Below are positions 56,901-64,000 of a stretch of DNA of 64,000 nt, one piece after another. Origin of the DNA: Eledone cirrhosa. Taxonomy: Eukaryota. The notes beneath the pieces were generated by a model. The model saw only the letters and a program-made list of their open reading frames with translations, was not told the DNA's origin and ran no database searches. Made by a program: the position numbers and the translations under genes. Within the stretch, counting starts at the first letter, position 1. Each line of letters starts with the position of its first letter. Location: contig OZ024743.1 in NCBI GenBank assembly GCA_964016885.1, positions 68,758,001 through 68,822,000 of the forward strand, in the 5' to 3' direction.

Positions 56901-57756
56901 GACGAAACAGACCTATGCCACCAGGCTTACATTAAATACAGATTTGAGTGCGACAAATGCAGCAATTTCTACATAGGTAGCACCACCAGACCACTTCACA
57001 TTAGAATAGAAGAACACCTCAACACTAATACTTCCTCATTTAAGAAAGACCTAGTGAAATGCAAATACACCGACAAAAAACATAATAGTAAGGATAGAAG
57101 CTAAAGAAAGAAACCTCGGCAATATTAGAATTAAAGAAGCACTAATTATAGACAAAACACATTCACCAATCAATAACAGACTAGAACTCAACACCCAATT
57201 TTTAACATGATAGAGCACCTAGCTCCACTCTCACACCTCCACGTACCATCTCTCTCACACACACACACACGCACGTTTACACCTACACTTATTCTCTCAC
57301 ACATATACACACACACATAGACCAGTTTTAACATGAGTGAGCATCTAGCCCCCACATTTACATATAAACATATCCTCTCACACTCACACACAAACACGCA
57401 CACACAAACACGCACACACACGCATGCTTACACCTTCACGTTTCTCCCAAACACACTTAGATATACATGTCCAAACACTTTTAAAGGGAGACAACCTTTT
57501 ATCCACCTGACCTTCACTTTTTGACATTAGAAATAAAATGGAATTTTTATAATATTTCCTGTCAGCATGACTTGGCAAGCTAATTAGAACACTGGATTAA
57601 CCCCTTTACTTCCCTCCGAAGAAGAGATATTATATCGAAAATTAAGGATATTCGAATAAATTTAAGGTGAAAGACTAATTGTCAGCAATATCTTTTGCAT
57701 TTGTATTTATATTCTATATCCATACCTGCATTGTTCTGGCCTTCTAACTTCAAACG

Positions 57757-57760
<4 letters not shown>
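53937..57760 (-). mobile_element. Decayed Penelope-like element with ~1.2-kb inverted arms
   Basis: Arms 53937-55137 and 56501-57708; HHR-like cct CCGAAGA..GAAA at TA agg at 53998-54032(-) and 57613-57647(+). Confidence 0.88.
54440..56500 (-). pseudogene. PLE RT plus GIY-YIG pseudogene; the EN/thumb region is duplicated on plus at 56501-57190
   Basis: LSRDELGLLSLVPKF, YLPSDKG, FSLDVVSLYT, GLPMGS, FTRYVDD, YKK..SALP, YRFECDKCSNFYIGSTTRPLHIRIEEHL, IKEAL; frameshifts and stops. Confidence 0.88.
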
Positions 57761-57843
<83 letters not shown>

Positions 57844-57925
57844 CCTCTCTATTTCTTTATGTGTATATATATATACATATAGTTTCTTTTTCTCTTTATA
57901 TATATATATACTCACGCTTTTTCTT

Positions 57926-57956
<31 letters not shown>

Positions 57957-57966
57957 TTAGAGAGAG

Positions 57967-58001
<35 letters not shown>

Positions 58002-58126
58002 AGAAGGTGAGTAATATTGTAGAACAATAAAACTATGCATATATCAGATAAGTACCACTCAACAGTTGGTAGAACTGTATATATATTAAAGAAGAAATTA
58101 AAATATGGTTTAAAAAGTTCCATATG

Positions 58127-58192
58127 TTTTATTATGCGCATTTCGAAAACAACATCATCCTGCGACAATAATTGTGTCCTCATCAGATAAAA
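58127..58192 (-). ncRNA. Minimal type I HHR (divergent tgcgca-family copy, element 58000-58255)
   Basis: Reverse complement: ttttat CTGATGA ggacacaatt..gttgttttc GAAA tgcgca TA ataaaa. Confidence 0.75.
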
Positions 58193-58254
58193 TAAGGTAA
58201 CATTATATGAGGCCTAAAAATCTAAAAACTCTTATCAATAGGAAAGTGCAAAGT

Positions 58255-58338
<84 letters not shown>

Positions 58339-58515
58339 GTATATATATATATATATATATACATTATTAGCTATTTGAATAGATGATCGATTTCGCAACT
58401 GGCTGCACCAGGGTTCCTGTTCCTCAGGGAACCACACTATATGGGGGACAGGGAATTCTGGGGCATGAGAGTGAAATCCATCATCTCGACAGTAGTCGAA
58501 GAATGATGATGATTA

Positions 58516-58560
<45 letters not shown>

Positions 58561-59064
58561 AACCAGTAAGACCCCGACAGCTGAGCTCAAGCCGTTTCGA
58601 CGGCTCATTCTGGTTCCTATTACCCACTCTACTACCCCAAGTATTGAGTACTTTGGTGCGTTATGGTCCACCTGGTTCCTTACCACATTTCCTTCGTTAT
58701 ATATATATATATATATATACTTTCTCTTTCTCTTTATATATATATATATATATGACGGCGATGAATTTGTTTCGCAAGGTTTTTGATATGAAATCGTGTG
58801 TCGAAACAAATATTTGTTAAACTTGGGGAGGGTCATTTTTTTGTAATAATATTGCCAGAAATAATAACAGAACACACTCACTGTTTGGTTGGTTTTCGCT
58901 TCTGTATATTTCATACCCCCATAGTAAATTTTTTGGCAATCAATGTTTATCATTGATTGACCAACGGTTAAAGATACAGATATAAATATATATATAGTCT
59001 ATCAATGTTCTTTCATTGCACACTGCAACGTCATCAGTGGTACTATTATCATCTCCCCCCCCAC

Positions 59065-59239
<175 letters not shown>

Positions 59240-59319
59240 ATATATATTAAACTTTTATACTCTGCTATGTATTGAGTACCTTACTTACTGTGGTTACCTC
59301 CGATTCAACCTGGAATAAC

Positions 59320-59361
<42 letters not shown>

Positions 59362-59681
59362 TTATTTATTTATTTGTTTCGCTCTCATATCTGAATACAA
59401 TAAATGTAATCTGAGTTTTTCGAATATTAATAATTGTTTCTACTTTTGCCATGTGGCGAGCAATTATCCCAATATATTACTGGTACTTTATTTCATAAAC
59501 CCCGCAAGGATGAAAGGCAAAGTTAACCTAGGCCGTATATGAGGTTAACTTTGCCTTTCATCCTTACGGGGTCGATAAAATAAAGTACCAGTAATACACT
59601 GGGCATAATAATAATGAATTAGATTCGTTTGCAATTATGGAAACAGCCCCTTTTGTCAAGCCATGTCAGTAGCATGAGCCC

Positions 59682-59744
<63 letters not shown>

Positions 59745-60198
59745 AGAGAGCGAGAGAGATACATATATAGATATAGATATTCAAGGTTCTACCTGTCGAT
59801 AACGTTTTTAAAACGCAATATGGCCTTCAAGAGATGGTTTCACCGAGATTAGGCAGTGAGTGCTATAGTTTTTGTGATAGGTTCTCGTCACTTAAACTTT
59901 CCTCGAAAATTCTGCTCAAGCTGTAATCATTTATATATGTTTGTGTGTATTGAACAATATCAACAATAACAAAATTCAAAGATAGTTTGTTAATCAGTTC
60001 ATTCTTTTTCCCTCGTCTCTGAGGGTTGATTGATCATCGTAGATCGATATATCGATTAGCAGCTAGTGGGTATATCCCTACCTAACTACCTAATTTTAGT
60101 TACGAAAATCCTTGATCTATCGCCTCCACAGAAACAATTATATATATATATGTGTGTGTGTATGTGTGTGTGTGTGTGTGTGTGTGCGTATGTGTGTG

Positions 60199-60241
<43 letters not shown>

Positions 60242-60884
60242 AATGCATACATATATGTAAAACACACACACCGACACAGATCACTGCCGAACGCATACAT
60301 GGACAACGTGCAAGCATAGTCACACGTGTTTGCGTATGTGTGTGTGTGTGTGTGTGCGTGTGCGTGGGTGGGTGTGTGTGTGAGTTAAACCTCTGTCAAT
60401 TTCAGTGACATGCTTTCTTTTTCTTTCAGCAATGGAGCAAACGACATCTGAAATTTATGCACAAGTGGCTGAGCATTCCACAAACGTAATTCTCAGGTTA
60501 GGGGCAGCATGATATACTTTGTGAAAAGGCTACCCGTTTGAAATACAGTACACACCACTTTTCCAGGTGAACGGAGTGGATCATGATACAGGAGGGTACT
60601 GCTAAAAGATAAAACGTACAGCCAGCACTAGAATTCCTAGCGACTAAACCGATTAGATACTAAATCATTATAAAATATTTATCTACAAAGATTATATAAT
60701 GTACTACGTTATATATGAAAGCTATATAATATGATTATACGTAAATCTATATAACATGTATATATATCTGTATGTAAGTGTATGTATGTGGGGGGGGGGG
60801 TATATTTGTATATATATATATCTATGTGTGTGTGTTAGTATATATAAATATATATGTGTGTGAGTGTGTGTGTGTGTGTGTGCG

Positions 60885-60917
<33 letters not shown>

Positions 60918-60949
60918 ATGTATGTATGTATGTATATATATAAATATAA

Positions 60950-61100
60950 TTCGCAGAATCGTTAGAACCTCGGTAAAATGCTTTGCCGTATTCGTTTCGA
61001 CTCTCTGCTCTATGAGTTCAAATTACGTAGCGATCAACTTTGCCTTTCATACATTCGAGTCGATATAAATGTATCCGTCTAATACTGGGGTCGATTATTC
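60950..61100 (+). mobile_element. tRNA-derived SINE (18084 family)
   Basis: gcagaatcgttag...gagttcaaatt...caactttgcctttcatacattcgagtcgatataaatgtatcc. Confidence 0.7.
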
Positions 61101-61159
61101 TTTCATATATCTTCCTCACTTCCATTCTCTCACGCTCTCTCCTTCTCCAGAAGATATCT

Positions 61160-61662
61160 GCTATATTTAAACATGTAGAGGAGATGGGCTCCGCCATATT
61201 TAAACATGTAGAGGAGATGGGTTCCACCATATTTAAACATGTAGAGGAGATGGTCTCCGCCATATTTAAACATGTAGAGGAGATGGGCTCCGCCATATTT
61301 AAACATGTAGAGGAGATGGGTTCCACCATATTTAAACATGTAGAGGAGATGGTCTCCGCCATATTTAAACATGTAGAGGAGATGGGCTCTGCCATATTTA
61401 AACATGTAGAGGAGATGGGTTCCACCATATTTAAACATGTAGAGGAGATGGGCTCCGCCATATTTAAACATGTAGAGGAGATGGGCTCTGCCATATTTAA
61501 ACATGTAGAGGAGATGGGTTCCACCATATTTAAACATGTAGAGTAGATGGGCTCCGCCATATTTAAACATGTAGAGGAGATGGGCTCCGCCATATTTAAA
61601 CATGTTGAGGAGATGGGCTCCGCCATATTTAAACATGTAGAGGAGATGGGTACCACGATATT
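61160..61662. repeat. 33-bp minisatellite, ~15 copies (atatttaaacatgtagaggagatgggctccgcc)
   Basis: Read directly from the sequence; 11-aa periodicity in the ORF track. Confidence 0.95.
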
Positions 61663-62147
61663 TGAAAATGCCCTACAGACACCGAACGACTTCAATATTT
61701 ATGGGACCATAGATACACACACACGCACACACATATATATATATATAAATGCATATATGTGTATTTGGTCGATTTTTACATGCTGTCGAAATGTTAGATA
61801 AATAATCTATCGTTGCCGCCGCGAAGGAGCTGCTTTCGGTTATTTGTCGGAGATTTCTTCATAGAAGCCTTTATTCTTACAACTTTGTCTAATTGATATT
61901 TTATATGGTTAATTATGCTAATTGGGAGAGGAAATGGTATATATTATATCTAGTGATTCTAAAGACATATTTTATGATACATATATATATATATATATAT
62001 ATATATGTGTCTCTGTATGTGTGCCGGTTTCTCTATCTCTCATATATATAATTATATATATATATAGAGAGAGAGATATCACACACCATTTCTGCCAATT
62101 CACCGTTTTAGAATCCTATATAATTCAGGCTCTTCAATATCTCTGCC

Positions 62148-62210
62148 ACTATACTAATACAACAAATACTACTACTACTAGCACTACTACTACTACCATC
62201 ACTACTACTG

Positions 62211-62293
<83 letters not shown>

Positions 62294-62297
62294 GCTG

Positions 62298-62334
<37 letters not shown>

Positions 62335-63850
62335 CCAATACCAGTAACAAAACCAACACTACCACCACTACATCCACCACTACCACCACCATTACCACCA
62401 CCACCACCACCACTACCACTGCCACTACCACCACCACTACTACCACCATTACCACCAATACCGCCACCACTACTACCACAACTACCACCATCACCACCAC
62501 CACTACCACTACCACCACCACCACTACCACCACCACTACTACCACAGCTACCATCACTACCACTACCACAACTACCACCACCGCTAATACTGCCACCACT
62601 ACCACCACTACAACCACCACTACTACCACAACTACCACCACTACCACTACGACAGCTACCACCACTACCACTACCTCCACTACAACCACGACCACTACTA
62701 CCACCACTACCACCATTACAACCACCTCTACCACCACCACTACCACCTCCACCACCACCACTACTACCACAACTACCACCACTACCACCACCACTACTAC
62801 CATAACTACTACCACTACCACCTCCACCACCACCACTACCACCAACGCTACTACCACAACTACCATAACTACCACTACCACTAACACTACCACCACCACT
62901 ATCACCACTTCTACCACCACTAATACCACCACCACTACCACCACCACCAATACCACTACCACCACTAATACCACTACCACTACCACTAATACACCACCAC
63001 TACCACCACCACTACAACGACTACCACTACTACCACTACCACTACCACTACCACCACCAACAATACCACCACTACCACTACCACTATCACCACCACTACC
63101 GCTACCACCACCATTGCCACTGCGACTACCACTCCCACTACCACCACCAATACCACCACCACCACCACCACCACTACCTCCACTACAACCACTACTACCA
63201 CCACCACTGCCACCACTACCGCCACCACCACCACTACCACCACCACCACTACCACTACCACCATCACCACAACCTCCACTACAACCACCACTACCACCAC
63301 TACAACCACCATTACCACCACCACCACAACAACAACACTAGCACCAACACCACCACCGCTACCACCACCACCACCACCACCTTACCACCACTACAACCAT
63401 CAATACAACCACCACTACCACCACTACAACCACCACTACCACCACCACTACCACCACACCACCACCACCACCACCACTGTCACCACTATAACCACCACTA
63501 CCACCAATACCACCACCACCACCACCACTACCACCACCACCACTACTACTACAACCACCACTACAACCACCACTACCACCACTACCACCACTACAACCAC
63601 CATTACCAACACCACCACCACTACCACCACCACCACCACCACCACTACCACCACTACAACCATCACTACCACCAACACTACCACCACTACAACCACCACT
63701 ACCACCACCACTACCACCACTACACCACCACCACCACCACCACTGTCACCACTATAACCACCACTACCACCAATACCTCCACCAATACCACCACCACTGC
63801 CACCACTATTACAACCACTACCACCAACACCTCCACCTCCACTACTACAC
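62148..63850. repeat. (ACT)n / degenerate (ACC/ACT)n tract, ~1.7 kb
   Basis: Read directly from the sequence. Confidence 0.95.
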
Positions 63851-64000
63851 ACTTCTCTCCTACACATATTGGCCTCACATCTAAGTTTAACAAATAAAAA
63901 AATCAATATCTAACCTCGGACAATAAGTTTTCCTTGTTCGATTTCCAGTTCAATTTATATTAAATTCCTTTCATTCTTTCCACTCAGTTCATTCCTTTTT

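Noticed and set aside
58776-58826. HHR-like aggttt TTGATAT ga..tc GAAA caaatatttg TT aaact
   Set aside because: Antisense to the PLE ORF and to its pLTR HHR, has two to three core deviations and a weak stem II, and is not conserved at 42465 or 51035; better explained by the ttgtttcg/cgaaacaa hairpin
60415-60640. Apparent small exon (tttcag...ctcag|gttagg)
   Set aside because: The sequence resembles a decayed minus-strand SINE body (gcacaagtggctgagca..tgaaatacag); no further support
61160-61662. CRISPR-like array
   Set aside because: Head-to-tail repeats with no unique spacers, in a eukaryotic context
62108-63906. Poly-Val, poly-Thr and poly-Pro ORFs
   Set aside because: Trinucleotide microsatellite with frame breaks

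Overview
AT-rich, microsatellite-saturated eukaryotic non-coding DNA. The SINE families and the (TA)n/(CA)n load resemble an octopus or other coleoid cephalopod genome; this is inference only. No host protein-coding gene can be supported, and most ORF-track entries are microsatellite artefacts. The window is a patchwork of retroelements: one near-intact Penelope-like element (PLE; RT plus C-terminal GIY-YIG, 47571-51091, one homopolymer frameshift), a second decayed PLE with 1.2-kb inverted arms (53937-57760), several PLE 3' remnants, RTE and CRE LINE fragments, a mariner remnant and tRNA-derived SINEs. The main signal, found by eye, is about 35-38 type I hammerhead-ribozyme (HHR) motifs, roughly two thirds with an intact core. 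They fall into at least a dozen short families that sit in (TA)n tracts as tandem and/or tail-out fold-back units with HHRs on both strands. Notable cases are a 550-nt x ~3.5 palindromic retrozyme-like element, a natural U3-A8 core variant, compensatory stem changes between subfamilies, and a ~570-nt tandem family with a conserved kink-turn-like hairpin but no canonical HHR. All structures were folded by eye, and coordinates may be off by a few nt.
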